Source: a virus. Taken from it: a stretch of DNA of 64,000 nucleotides. Within the stretch, counting starts at the first letter, position 1; the number at the start of each line of letters is the position of its first letter. Under the pieces are notes generated by a model. That model was given only the letters and a program-made list of their open reading frames with translations. It was not told where the DNA came from and ran no database searches. The stretch covers positions 1 to 64,000 of the IMG/VR virus record IMGVR_UViG_3300027749_000039. One strand, given 5' to 3'. The position numbers were made by a program, and so were the translations under genes. Shown here one piece after another: positions 40,069 through 50,709 of this stretch.

Positions 40069-41288
40069 GTCAAGAAAAATTAGAAACTGATGTAAAAAGG
40101 ATATTAGAATCATTTGATAGAACACAATGGACTCATAGAGTAAATTTTAATTTAATTAAAAATTTACCTATCTTAACTAGAGAAGATTTGCGAAAAATAA
40201 ATATGCGACCTGATTTTTATGCTTCTAAAACATCAGGTTCTACTGGCGAACCTGTTAGTATAGAAAAAACTTATGCTGATTATATTTGGTATTTAGCTAC
40301 TAATATTAGAGAAATGTTATGGCGAAAATGGGATTTTACTAAAAAATTAGCAATTATTAAACCTGGTTCTAAGACAGAAGATAAAAATGATTGGGGTATA
40401 CCAAAAAATATAGTTCAAAATCAAGGTAAATCTTTTAAAATTGGATACGAACCTATTTCTATTTTGCAAAAATGGTTAGAAGAAAAACAACCAGATTATT
40501 TAAATTGTCCTCCAACAATAGTTGAGCAATTAGATTTAACTAAATTAAATATAATTGATATAAAAGGCACTGGTGAAATGGGTGGTAGTATGTATTCTTC
40601 TGAAGAGTGTGGAACAATTGCTATTAATTGCCCTGATAATCCTTCTGTTAAACATGTAATGGAAAATATAATATGTGAAGTTGATACAGATGGTGGTATT
40701 ATAATAACAAGTTTAAGTAATCCTTATATTAAGCGATATAAACATGGCGACCATATTGAACTTGGTCAATGCACTTGTGGTAGAAAATTACAAACCATAA
40801 CAGACATAAAAGGTAGAGTGAGAAATATGTTTATTATGGAAAATGGTGATAAAAAATGGCCTTTATTTGGTAGTAGAGATTTTTATCATAAATATGGAAT
40901 AACAAAATTAAAAGCAATACAAACAGCTATTGGTGAAATTGAGTTACAGATAATATCTAATAAACTAAGTGATTTTCAAGAAGAAGATATAAAAACTACA
41001 ATAAATACTTATATAGGATGTGTTGTAAATGTAACTATAAAATATGTAGAAAGTTTCCCAAATTATAAATTTGAAGAATTTGTATCATCAATAAATCCTA
41101 ATGCAAAATTTATATATCCAGGATTAGAGTTGTCAAAAATATTTGTTATAATTTGTGGATTAGTCTTATTAGGTAAAGATTTTAAATTAAACCATGTATC
41201 AATTGTGAATTTATTTAAATCACCTAAATCTTTTCCAGTAGCATATTGTCCATTTGAACTGTTGAAATATATAGAACCATTTTCATAA
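40056..41288 (+). CDS. Phenylacetate-CoA ligase/CapK-like adenylating enzyme (ANL superfamily)
   Basis: KTSGSTGEP P-loop, YSSEECGTIA, ENIICEV, RYKHGD, GRVRNM; last about 65 aa run antisense through the neighbouring gene. Confidence 0.8.
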   Translation: MAFLSQEKLETDVKRILESFDRTQWTHRVNFNLIKNLPILTREDLRKINMRPDFYASKTSGSTGEPVSIEKTYADYIWYLATNIREMLWRKWDFTKKLAIIKPGSKTEDKNDWGIPKNIVQNQGKSFKIGYEPISILQKWLEEKQPDYLNCPPTIVEQLDLTKLNIIDIKGTGEMGGSMYSSEECGTIAINCPDNPSVKHVMENIICEVDTDGGIIITSLSNPYIKRYKHGDHIELGQCTCGRKLQTITDIKGRVRNMFIMENGDKKWPLFGSRDFYHKYGITKLKAIQTAIGEIELQIISNKLSDFQEEDIKTTINTYIGCVVNVTIKYVESFPNYKFEEFVSSINPNAKFIYPGLELSKIFVIICGLVLLGKDFKLNHVSIVNLFKSPKSFPVAYCPFELLKYIEPFS

Positions 41289-41962
41289 ATTGGTGATTTT
41301 TGTAATTCAAAATTATTGCCATTACCAGATATATCATTCCAATATGTATTAATAGTATCTTTTGCACCAAATTCAATATTAGTTAAACTTGCACCAGAAT
41401 CTAAAAAAGTCATATATAAATATAAAGGATTGGTAGGTAAAGGACTATATATTGAAGTATATACTAAAACATCATCAATATAATACTTAACAGATGTTCC
41501 ATCATAAATAACGCTATAAAAAGAAGATGGTAAATATGGTCCAGGTATTTGATATATTTCCCATATTGCAGGATTGCCTGGAACACCAGATGCTTTATTT
41601 TCGGCTATTGTCACATAGTCCTGTTGGAAATAAAATCCATAATTTATATTAGTATAAGTTCCACCATCACTCATATCTGAAAATCCACACATTGAACGGT
41701 TTGTCTTTTTAAATTTTAATTTAATTTTACCACTATATGATTCAACAGATCTAATATATGTAACCCATCCGCCACTTCCTATAGAAGTTGCTGAATTAGA
41801 GCTATATGTCACCCCATAACTATTTAAATCATCAAATGTAAATGTTGTAGAATAAATATAAGGATCATAAAAATATGAATCTAATGATAGCAATAATTTA
41901 GTCGGAGTGCCATGACTAAATGCTGAAAATGGACCAGAAAAATTTGAAAATTTACTAAACAT
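41063..41962 (-). CDS. Structural protein with truncated C-terminal LamG/concanavalin-like domain
   Basis: WNDISGNGN, IYFN...QY, FTIDTWFN; stops mid-domain. Confidence 0.65.
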   Translation of the reverse strand: MFSKFSNFSGPFSAFSHGTPTKLLLSLDSYFYDPYIYSTTFTFDDLNSYGVTYSSNSATSIGSGGWVTYIRSVESYSGKIKLKFKKTNRSMCGFSDMSDGGTYTNINYGFYFQQDYVTIAENKASGVPGNPAIWEIYQIPGPYLPSSFYSVIYDGTSVKYYIDDVLVYTSIYSPLPTNPLYLYMTFLDSGASLTNIEFGAKDTINTYWNDISGNGNNFELQKSPIYENGSIYFNSSNGQYATGKDLGDLNKFTIDTWFNLKSLPNKTNPQIITNIFDNSNPGYINFALGFIDDTNSSNL

Positions 41963-41965
41963 AAA

Positions 41966-42469
41966 TTATATATTAAATAGGCCAATAACTAAATCAATTT
42001 TATCTCTTAATTTACCAGCATTATTTATCCAATATCCATCTATTTGAATATGTCTATTTGAACCAATATAATCTCCTATCACTAAATCATCAATAGCAAT
42101 CCAATTTTGTATTTTGTTTCCATCTACATATAATAATATTTCTTGACTTCTTAATTTAGTTCTATGCTCTACTGTTACGTTACCTAATAGACCAAATTTT
42201 AATGTAGTAAAATCTATTAAATACTCTGGATTTATACCATAATTTTCAAATATTTTCCTCATTTGTAAAAATGAATATTTGAATCTCCAATCAGATGATA
42301 ATACCAATTTACTATTTGTTTTTTCAACAATTGTATTTAAAGCTTTGCAATCCTCTATATCCCATGAGTATGGAATATTAAATTGATTTGGACCTTTATC
42401 TATTAATACTTCATTTCTTGGTTTAATAGAAGATAAAGGTCCATCAATATCTATAAAAATTATATTCAT
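41966..42469 (-). CDS. HAD-family phosphatase (Swiss-Army-knife RNA-repair type)
   Basis: IIFIDIDGPL, LVLSSDWR, WIAIDD. Confidence 0.75.
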   Translation of the reverse strand: MNIIFIDIDGPLSSIKPRNEVLIDKGPNQFNIPYSWDIEDCKALNTIVEKTNSKLVLSSDWRFKYSFLQMRKIFENYGINPEYLIDFTTLKFGLLGNVTVEHRTKLRSQEILLYVDGNKIQNWIAIDDLVIGDYIGSNRHIQIDGYWINNAGKLRDKIDLVIGLFNI

Positions 42470-45171
42470 TTATAATAAGTTTTCATATGTTGGATTAATT
42501 CTTCCAATGTAGGTGTAGTATTTGTTACAACAAAATTTTCGGATACTTCAACCAATGGTTGTTCACCTAATCTAAATCCATCATAGTATTCTTTTGTTAA
42601 ACCTTCAAATTTGTCAAAAGGAATTATTTGTCTATCATCTTTAACAAACTTCATATCTTTAATTGGATAAATATTATTCAATCTAACCGAAGTTAATAGA
42701 GTATTAGTAAACATATTTAAGTGTCCAAATGTTACTATATTATAGATTTCAACTAATCCTTCATTTTCTTCTCTACTAATTAATGTAACAATCTCACCTT
42801 TATCATTAAATGTATGTGTTCCAATTGGAGTATCTTCTTCGGATATTAAATAAGTAAACTCACCTTTTTCTAAATTGAATATACGATGGCTTGTATTTTT
42901 AACACCTATTTTACGTGCTATTAATTCTGTTCCATCACTAAATTTAGATATAAAAGTATTAGATGTAGTAATTGGTTTCATCATCCAAATTGGTTTTGCT
43001 GAATCAAATTTAGATTCGTCAAAATTCCAAACTAATAATAAGTCATCATAAGTTATATCCTCTATTTTCTTTTTAGAACCATCACTTAATGTAACTAATG
43101 TTCCTTTAGCAAAACAATAAAGACCATGGAATGTAATTGGATCACCATATGCTATACCAGTACTATTTTTCGCATATGCTCTACCATAATGATTATTTGC
43201 ACCAATATTGTAGATATTGACTGAAAATGCTCCTGCTCCAGAAGAAGTAGCTGACACAACAGTATCCAATATTGTTGGTGATGAATTAGTATCGCTATAT
43301 ACAAATCCTCTTTCTGTAACAGAAGAACTACCTTCATCTGTTACATTACCATCTGCAACACAAGTTGAGTTACCTGAACTTATATTGTCAGATGTAACGG
43401 TTGGTAATGTACCATTAGATAAAAATGTACTCAATTGACCTAATACTTTAAAACTATTTCCAAAATTTATGAAACTAAGTCCTATTACATCAGTTTGATT
43501 TATATTACCAGTTGGTATATCACCATTAGACCAATATATATCATATATATAATCATTTATACGCAGTACTCCCGGTGTATAAGCAGTAGCACCTTGATTT
43601 ATTATTATTGTAGTAGTAATTACTCTATTATCTGTTGTTGGTATATTTATAAAATTTGCATAATAATTATCTATTAAGTCATCATGTATCCAAATACTAC
43701 CTAATGTATAATCATATGTTATAGTTGATGGCGAAGTTCCTAAATTAATACTAGTAGTATTTAATATCTCAATTGTTTGTTGAAATTGAGTTGTCCCTTC
43801 TAATAAAGTATCTCCAATAACAGAAAATGTATTACCTGTAAATGTTAAATTAGTTTCGATATTTACACCATTTGAATTACCATTAGATGTTAATAACCCA
43901 TATTGATATGCACTACTAAAAGATAAACCAATACCATCAACACCTGGAATACCTGATATATTTATATACCACTCACTACTTGTAGCTCCTATTGTATTAG
44001 ATTTTTGGCATACTGTAATCAATTCCCCTGTTACAGAATCATAACTATCAATAACAGCATAAAAATTAATACCAGCAACATCATCTACATCATAATCACC
44101 AACAGTATAATAAGAATCTTTACTATTTGATATAAATAACCATTGACCAGAAGTGTAGGCTAATTCAGGTTGTGTTTCAAAAACTACAACACCATCAACA
44201 ATTGGTATTGTATTATATGTATATGATACACTATAATATCTATCACCAGATATACCTCTTTTACCAGTTGGGTAGTAAAGTACATCAGTAAATGTTATAT
44301 CATTTGCTAAAGTTATTATAGGATAGCTATAAAAATAATAAGTATCTGCTGAATATGTAGTTGAAATTATTGTATTTCCATCTATTTCATAATAAACTTC
44401 TCTACCATCTGAATATAATGAAAATCTAAATGCATCACTATATGTGCCTGAATAAAGAGTGTTATTATTATTATAATATAATTCATATGCACCTATATCA
44501 CTTATATCATTGCTGATTTTTATACCATAAGAATTATCTAATCCATCTAATTTTAAATTAACATAGTAACTATTTGCTGGATATTCTGGTATACCAACTT
44601 GCATAAAAAACCCTTGTGAGTTGTCATAAGATTCTAAAGAATGCACATTTGTAGTATCACTTGCACCACTAAAAAATGTAAAAGAAGAAGGTGAACTTAT
44701 CGTTGCTGATAGAGTAGGAATTAAAGTTACTAATGATGAACCATTTATACCATTTATTCCGCTTGACCCCGTAGCACCTCTTGGGCCAGTTGACCCCGTA
44801 GCACCTCTTGGGCCAGTTGACCCCGTAGCACCTTGAGAACCAGTAGCACCTCTTGTAGCTTCTGTTATTTTACTATCTATGTAAAGCATGATGTCTTTAT
44901 CAATTTCAAAAGGCGTTACATCATTTAGTGTAGTAATTGCATCTTTTAATTTTGATAAAGCTATTTTAGATTCATAAACATTATTAAAATCTATTAAAAT
45001 AAAATCACCATTGGTGAAATTAATTTTAATATTATTATTTTGTATAATATAGGATTTTATTTTAAATGGTGAAATAGACCATACAACCTCATTATTTATA
45101 TTTTTAATAAATAATTTTGTATCATTAGCCGCCGGTGTTTTAAAGAAATCTAAATAATTAAAGTTAGCCAT
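42466..45171 (-). CDS. Large virion protein with collagen-like repeat, FN3-like module and C-terminal Hint domain
   Basis: (GATGSTGPR)n, SSVTERGFVYS...YGRAYAKN, CFAKGTLVTLSDGSKKKIEDI...IYNIV...HLNMFTN. Confidence 0.75.
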   Translation of the reverse strand: MANFNYLDFFKTPAANDTKLFIKNINNEVVWSISPFKIKSYIIQNNNIKINFTNGDFILIDFNNVYESKIALSKLKDAITTLNDVTPFEIDKDIMLYIDSKITEATRGATGSQGATGSTGPRGATGSTGPRGATGSSGINGINGSSLVTLIPTLSATISSPSSFTFFSGASDTTNVHSLESYDNSQGFFMQVGIPEYPANSYYVNLKLDGLDNSYGIKISNDISDIGAYELYYNNNNTLYSGTYSDAFRFSLYSDGREVYYEIDGNTIISTTYSADTYYFYSYPIITLANDITFTDVLYYPTGKRGISGDRYYSVSYTYNTIPIVDGVVVFETQPELAYTSGQWLFISNSKDSYYTVGDYDVDDVAGINFYAVIDSYDSVTGELITVCQKSNTIGATSSEWYINISGIPGVDGIGLSFSSAYQYGLLTSNGNSNGVNIETNLTFTGNTFSVIGDTLLEGTTQFQQTIEILNTTSINLGTSPSTITYDYTLGSIWIHDDLIDNYYANFINIPTTDNRVITTTIIINQGATAYTPGVLRINDYIYDIYWSNGDIPTGNINQTDVIGLSFINFGNSFKVLGQLSTFLSNGTLPTVTSDNISSGNSTCVADGNVTDEGSSSVTERGFVYSDTNSSPTILDTVVSATSSGAGAFSVNIYNIGANNHYGRAYAKNSTGIAYGDPITFHGLYCFAKGTLVTLSDGSKKKIEDITYDDLLLVWNFDESKFDSAKPIWMMKPITTSNTFISKFSDGTELIARKIGVKNTSHRIFNLEKGEFTYLISEEDTPIGTHTFNDKGEIVTLISREENEGLVEIYNIVTFGHLNMFTNTLLTSVRLNNIYPIKDMKFVKDDRQIIPFDKFEGLTKEYYDGFRLGEQPLVEVSENFVVTNTTPTLEELIQHMKTYYK
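44763..44833. repeat. 27-bp tandem repeat (about 2.6 copies) encoding collagen-like Gly-X-Y
   Basis: TTGACCCCGTAGCACCTCTTGGGCCAG at 44763 and 44790, partial copy at 44817. Confidence 0.9.
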
Positions 45172-45186
45172 TTATTTTAATATTTT

Positions 45187-46368
45187 TTATGTTGTTACAC
45201 TCATTAATACATAAGTGTCTTTGTTAATAACATTACCAGCTAAATCACTTACATTAAAGTATAAGCTATAAGTACCAGTAGCCGCAATAGAAGCTATATT
45301 ATTAGAATCATAATCTTTTAATAGCATATCGGCGTCATCTAATGTAATAGCACCATCTCTATTATCAGCCGCACCACTTATCATTATATCATATAATCTA
45401 GATTTAGTTATTGTATATGAAGAGTAATATATATCACCATATTCCGATAATGAGAATGTAGTTGAGAATGTAATACCTGATGTTGTTAATCCAGTATTAT
45501 ACGGAACACCTGATGTTGCTCCACCCATAGTAATATAACTGCCAGAAGAGGTATTTCCAATATTAGGATAGAAATAAACTATTGGTGCTATAGTATCAAC
45601 ATTTGGACCATTTACAACTACATCATGTGTTTGTAAAATCCAATTTATTAAAGAATATGCTTGTTTAGCATCCGCAACTGATATAAATTGTAAGAATATT
45701 TTACCTAATGTTTGAGAATCAATTATAACCAAATCATTATTCCTATTAACAGAAGAAATATCCACATTTGTTATGTATGCTAATGCATTTCTTGATGTAT
45801 TTGTATCGTAAATAACAATTGATTCATTTGTTACAAAGGTATTTATACAATTAACCGTAGCATTACATTGTAAATCGAAGAAAGATAAGCCAGTTTGATT
45901 TGTGTTGTCGTTAAAGTATGTGTAAGTATCATCGATAACAGCAACCATTATATCTAATTGAACGTTATATGTGGTATTTGGATTGTTGAAATATAATTGT
46001 GGTATTCTATGAGTTGAATTGCCAGTTAATATCATAACTTGATCCATTGCTCTAATTATACCTGGATCATCATAATAATAGTATTCTACATAATTATCTT
46101 CCTCATTAACTGATTTAGGATCATATCTAGCAATTATAGCGACAAATGTGGCATTATCGCCTAAACCAAGGTGATTCATTAAATAATTAGTTTGACCAGC
46201 TTTTAATTGTAATCTACCTTTTAATACTTGTTTATAAGGTATTTTTAAATCACCAGCTATTAATCTCTCCAATGTATTAGGACCTTCAATGGCAACAATA
46301 TCACTATTAAGAAACTTAATGTAATTATTCGCACCAAAGATTGAATTAATTCCTATTTGACAACTCAT
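45187..46368 (-). CDS. Putative virion structural protein
   Basis: 393 aa, N/T-rich, in structural cluster. Confidence 0.6.
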   Translation of the reverse strand: MSCQIGINSIFGANNYIKFLNSDIVAIEGPNTLERLIAGDLKIPYKQVLKGRLQLKAGQTNYLMNHLGLGDNATFVAIIARYDPKSVNEEDNYVEYYYYDDPGIIRAMDQVMILTGNSTHRIPQLYFNNPNTTYNVQLDIMVAVIDDTYTYFNDNTNQTGLSFFDLQCNATVNCINTFVTNESIVIYDTNTSRNALAYITNVDISSVNRNNDLVIIDSQTLGKIFLQFISVADAKQAYSLINWILQTHDVVVNGPNVDTIAPIVYFYPNIGNTSSGSYITMGGATSGVPYNTGLTTSGITFSTTFSLSEYGDIYYSSYTITKSRLYDIMISGAADNRDGAITLDDADMLLKDYDSNNIASIAATGTYSLYFNVSDLAGNVINKDTYVLMSVTT

Positions 46369-46407
46369 AATATGTTTTATTTTTATATATTAAAAATAAG
46401 GAACATA

Positions 46408-49122
46408 TTAATACACTTCTTTCAAAATTAAATACCTATCACTAAATGCTGAAGTATTTGTAGAATCTACTCTTGTTATACTAAACTTATAACCTCTATT
46501 AAAACTAAAATATGGTAAGTTATTTAATAAATAATTTGCATTATCATTAAATATTAACGGTAATGAACTTGATGCACCATAACTTATTAATGTAGTATTT
46601 TGACTTACATCTAAATAAATATAAGAATTAGTAGCGCCAATTGATTTAATAGTATATTGTCCTGAGAAATCTATTGTGCTAGCAGTTCCAATGCTAAAAT
46701 CATTTAATTTTAACACATCACCAGCTTTAAATGAATTAGATACTAAATATGGATTTGAATCAATTGGTATTTCCAAAATAGAACCTAAATTAAGTCTTAA
46801 TGGACTATTCATATCTATATTATATTTAAAATCACTCCAATTATAAGCGGAATTTGTATTTTTAGTGAGTTTATTATAATAAACAGGTAAATCTAAATTA
46901 TCAATCATTTTTGTTAAAACCGGAGTTCCGCCATTTTGACTATAATTTATAAATACATTTAACTTTTTATTTTCCGAACTTATTGTATTAGCTTCTATAA
47001 CCAAATCCATTGTTTGATTAGCATCTAAATCTCTATTTAAACTTAATGTTAAAACACCATTATTTGATAAAGTTAAAACAGTTTGATCGTTATTAATTAA
47101 TGTAATAAGAAAATCTTTATTAGTAGGTACTGTATAATTAACTGGAACAGCTCCACTAACATTATACATATTTGTAGCTAACAAATTAGTAGTAGATGAA
47201 TATTTAGCATCTATACTATTTAACTGAATCATTGGCATACCACCAATAGTTAAATTATTAACCGCTATTGTATCCGAACTTATTAATTGATTAGATTTAT
47301 ATAATGTTAATAAATTATTTAAATTACTAATTTGTTGATTAATAGCATTAATACTTGGTTGATTATATACTTGTTGTGTTAAATTACTTAATGCTGTCTT
47401 AATTTGTGCATTTTCGGCTATTATATCGGAAAATGAATCATTTAATGTAGCCAAATTTTGCATAGCTTGGTTAAATAAATTAAATGAATATAAAGAATTT
47501 ATAGCTTCTGGATTAAATGTGTCTTGTGGATTTTCATTTACTATATTGAAATTTAAATCTAAAGAAAAATCATATGCGGTACCATCTTGTGTATCCGTAG
47601 CTACTAATTTTTGAGCTAATGGAAACTCATATCCAGTTTTAACTTCGCTGTTAATTGGATTATCTAAAAATGATATACCATATAAATCTTTACTTGTGTT
47701 ACCATTTACATCTTCATAAGTATAATACCATAAAATAGCATTAAATTGGAAATTAGACGGTGGTAGATTATTAATCATTAACGCATTAAATTGTTCAAAG
47801 TTAGTTACTTCTCTACCATAGATGTTCATCTTAGAGTAATGCGAAGGATTGAAATCAATAGAAAGTCCATCTATATCATTTGAATTAACAACTGGTGTAT
47901 CTGTTGTGCCACTTATACCAAAATAGTCACCACTTCTTCTTAAAGAATCACCATTTGATGTTAAATAAGTAAAATCAGTTGTATCAAATTGTCCATAATA
48001 ACTACCTGGATAATCTTGTGGATTAACTACAATTGGACTTGTATATATTTCAGCACCAACTATTTCTGGTTGATATTGAGAAGGTAAAATTGGAAAAACT
48101 AAATTAGGTTTGTAATTAGTATCAGTCATAGTTCTAAAAAGAACGTCTGGTGTAGCACCATTTTGACCAGAAACTTGTGCATAAACCTCTGTATAAGACA
48201 TGTTAGCTTCTTGAACATTATTTATACCATTAACTTCTCCAATATATTGAACTAATTTATTATAAACTATTGTCACATCACCTGTTAAATAATTAGCATA
48301 TGTGCCAGCTGATGTTGGTAATCCAGATATAGCTGGTATACTTGTGCTATTTAAATTTAAAATAATTTTTTGTCCAAGTAAAGCAGTTGGTGCTATTATA
48401 TTTAATACTTTTCCTTTTACTCCATTTAAAAATGATATAGAAGTATTTGTTTCATTATTTATTTGAACAATATCACCTATTTTAAAATTAGTAGTTGTTT
48501 GAAAAATAATTTGAATATAACCATTATATGTACCACCAGAAACTTTAAATATATCAAACATAGGATATGAATCCATACTTCTTTCAGTCCACAAAACTTC
48601 ATTAAAATAAGAATTATCTAGTGGACTATTTGATGCAAACTCAGATAAACTACCGATATATTGATCTCCATTATTAGCTGGCTCTAAATCTATTAAGTTT
48701 AAATGTTTAGCCCATTTGAAAAATATTTTTTCAGCGGGAGTATCTATTGAATTATTATTATAATAATAATCAGTGGTATTTAATTTAGAAGACATCATGG
48801 TTTCTTCATAATTAGCTACATAATTTCTTAAAGATTCTATAACCTGATCGCCAAATGAAGCTGGTGGTGTAGCTCCTGGAGCTTGTTGAAATCCATAACC
48901 TTGTCCAGCAGCGTTAGTAAAGTCCCAATAAATAGGAGTATTACTATTAGTTCCAGAACCAGCATAAAGATTTTGTGCTGGGAAATTTAATAAAACATAG
49001 TTAGAAAAAAACATTTTATTATTTTGATTCTGGTATGCAGCTGACATCTTTTCAGCAGCAGAAGGAAACGCATAGAAGGAAGTTCCATTTTTTTTTAATT
49101 GGCGAAATAAGGGCGTAGACAT
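46408..49122 (-). CDS. Large putative virion structural protein
   Basis: 904 aa, N/S/T-rich, central coiled coil, AATATATA promoter. Confidence 0.65.
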   Translation of the reverse strand: MSTPLFRQLKKNGTSFYAFPSAAEKMSAAYQNQNNKMFFSNYVLLNFPAQNLYAGSGTNSNTPIYWDFTNAAGQGYGFQQAPGATPPASFGDQVIESLRNYVANYEETMMSSKLNTTDYYYNNNSIDTPAEKIFFKWAKHLNLIDLEPANNGDQYIGSLSEFASNSPLDNSYFNEVLWTERSMDSYPMFDIFKVSGGTYNGYIQIIFQTTTNFKIGDIVQINNETNTSISFLNGVKGKVLNIIAPTALLGQKIILNLNSTSIPAISGLPTSAGTYANYLTGDVTIVYNKLVQYIGEVNGINNVQEANMSYTEVYAQVSGQNGATPDVLFRTMTDTNYKPNLVFPILPSQYQPEIVGAEIYTSPIVVNPQDYPGSYYGQFDTTDFTYLTSNGDSLRRSGDYFGISGTTDTPVVNSNDIDGLSIDFNPSHYSKMNIYGREVTNFEQFNALMINNLPPSNFQFNAILWYYTYEDVNGNTSKDLYGISFLDNPINSEVKTGYEFPLAQKLVATDTQDGTAYDFSLDLNFNIVNENPQDTFNPEAINSLYSFNLFNQAMQNLATLNDSFSDIIAENAQIKTALSNLTQQVYNQPSINAINQQISNLNNLLTLYKSNQLISSDTIAVNNLTIGGMPMIQLNSIDAKYSSTTNLLATNMYNVSGAVPVNYTVPTNKDFLITLINNDQTVLTLSNNGVLTLSLNRDLDANQTMDLVIEANTISSENKKLNVFINYSQNGGTPVLTKMIDNLDLPVYYNKLTKNTNSAYNWSDFKYNIDMNSPLRLNLGSILEIPIDSNPYLVSNSFKAGDVLKLNDFSIGTASTIDFSGQYTIKSIGATNSYIYLDVSQNTTLISYGASSSLPLIFNDNANYLLNNLPYFSFNRGYKFSITRVDSTNTSAFSDRYLILKEVY

Positions 49123-49201
49123 AATTTAATATAAGATTTAGAATATATATTAACTATTTACATTTACATATTTTTAACTTTTCTCTTTCAATTTTTATTT
49201 G

Positions 49202-49209
49202 TATCTTTG
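49202..49209 (+). promoter_or_regulatory. Bacteroidota-type -7 promoter element
   Basis: TATCTTTG 15 nt upstream of ATG 49225. Confidence 0.65.
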
Positions 49210-49224
49210 TAAAAATTATAAGAT

Positions 49225-49866
49225 ATGCGTTATAACAATTTTTCTTACATCTACCCACCACGTCCAAAAAATGCGGCACCAATTATTGATATACAAAAAT
49301 ATGATAATGGTATGATGCTTGGACAGCCAAAGTTTAATGGCTCTAATTGCACTATTTATACAAATGGGCATGAATTTAAAATATTTAACCGCCATAAAGA
49401 TAAATTAACTAATTTTAATCTTACCACCGAAGAAATGTCCGCTAATCTTTTCAAATGCGAAAAGGGTAAATGGATGGCTATAAATGGTGAATATCTTAAT
49501 AAGAATAAAAATGATGAAACTGGTGTTCCATTTAATCATAAGCTAATTATATTTGATATATTAGTTTTTGATTCAGATTATCTTTTAAGCAAATCTTTTG
49601 AAAATAGAGTTAATCTTTTAGATGATATTTACGGCACTAATGAGACGAAAAAAAATTATTTATATCAAATATCGGATAATATCTATAGAACAAAAACTTA
49701 CAATACAGGATTTGTTAATCTATATACAGATTTATCTAAAATTGATTTAGTTGAAGGATTAGTTTTAAAACGTGCAAATGCAAAATTAGAACTCGGTCTT
49801 ACAGAGGACAACAACTCTAAGAGTCAAATAAAATTTAGGAAACCCACAAAAAATTACCAATTTTAA
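49225..49866 (+). CDS. ATP-dependent ligase adenylation (nucleotidyltransferase) domain, no OB domain
   Basis: Motif I QPKFNG, III INGEY, IIIa IIFDIL, IV EGLVLK, V QIKFR. Confidence 0.8.
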   Translation: MRYNNFSYIYPPRPKNAAPIIDIQKYDNGMMLGQPKFNGSNCTIYTNGHEFKIFNRHKDKLTNFNLTTEEMSANLFKCEKGKWMAINGEYLNKNKNDETGVPFNHKLIIFDILVFDSDYLLSKSFENRVNLLDDIYGTNETKKNYLYQISDNIYRTKTYNTGFVNLYTDLSKIDLVEGLVLKRANAKLELGLTEDNNSKSQIKFRKPTKNYQF

Positions 49867-49867
49867 T

Positions 49868-50155
49868 ATGAAAGAATTACTTAGAATATATACCGATTCA
49901 ATTACAAAGATATTTGAAAATTTCGGTTTAAAAAATGGATATGGTGAAATCAGCATACACACCAATGTTAAATGGTGCCTAAACACTGATGAAGAAGTTA
50001 GATGGATAGAAGGTGGTTGTTTATATGCAAATGAAATTATAGGTAAGCCACATTATTATCAAAATTATATGATGGCTTATGTAAATGATGGTTGTGGTAA
50101 TAGTTATTACCAAATATTTGATATTAATTTAATGGATAACGAAATAGAAGAATGA
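49868..50155 (+). CDS. Hypothetical protein
   Basis: 95 aa. Confidence 0.65.
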   Translation: MKELLRIYTDSITKIFENFGLKNGYGEISIHTNVKWCLNTDEEVRWIEGGCLYANEIIGKPHYYQNYMMAYVNDGCGNSYYQIFDINLMDNEIEE

Positions 50156-50706
50156 AAGTTGAGTTTGTAAAATTACAGGGAAAAACTATAACTAATATAG
50201 AGATATCTAATTATAGATATTCTATGAAAATCACATGTGATGACGGATATGTATATGATATCCGTCATGATCAAAATTGTTGTGAAGATGTTCATTTGGA
50301 AGATATATGCGGTGATTTAGAAGATTTAATCGGAACGCCAATCTTATTAGCTCAGGAATCTACTTCGGATAAAGATCCTTTGCCTGACGCTGATTATTTT
50401 AAATGGACATTCTATACTTTAAGGACAATTAAAGGAACAGTCTCTTTAAGATGGTGGGGTAATTCAAATGGTTATTATTCTGTTGATGTCGAGGTGCATG
50501 AAATTGTCTCTCAAGAATTGAGAGGACATACCTTTGGTGATGCACTTGTTAAAATACAAGAGACGATAGATAAAGGCGAAGGAATTGTATTTTTTGATTA
50601 TAAAGACTATCTTTTAGAAGACTTTATGAGAAATCATTATGATAATATCTATAAAATAGATTACTCTATTGAAGATAATTGGATTTCTATAACTTTTAAT
50701 AAATAA
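50152..50706 (+). CDS. Conserved phage protein (DUF7448-like)
   Basis: HDQNCCEDVHLEDICGDLEDLIGTPIL...WTFY...RWWGNSNGYYS. Confidence 0.6.
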   Translation: MKVEFVKLQGKTITNIEISNYRYSMKITCDDGYVYDIRHDQNCCEDVHLEDICGDLEDLIGTPILLAQESTSDKDPLPDADYFKWTFYTLRTIKGTVSLRWWGNSNGYYSVDVEVHEIVSQELRGHTFGDALVKIQETIDKGEGIVFFDYKDYLLEDFMRNHYDNIYKIDYSIEDNWISITFNK

Positions 50707-50709
50707 ATT

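Noticed and set aside
42466-43116. Canonical protein-splicing intein
   Set aside because: No His-Asn/(Cys,Ser,Thr) C-terminal junction and no conserved host protein around it; treated as a Hint autoprocessing domain
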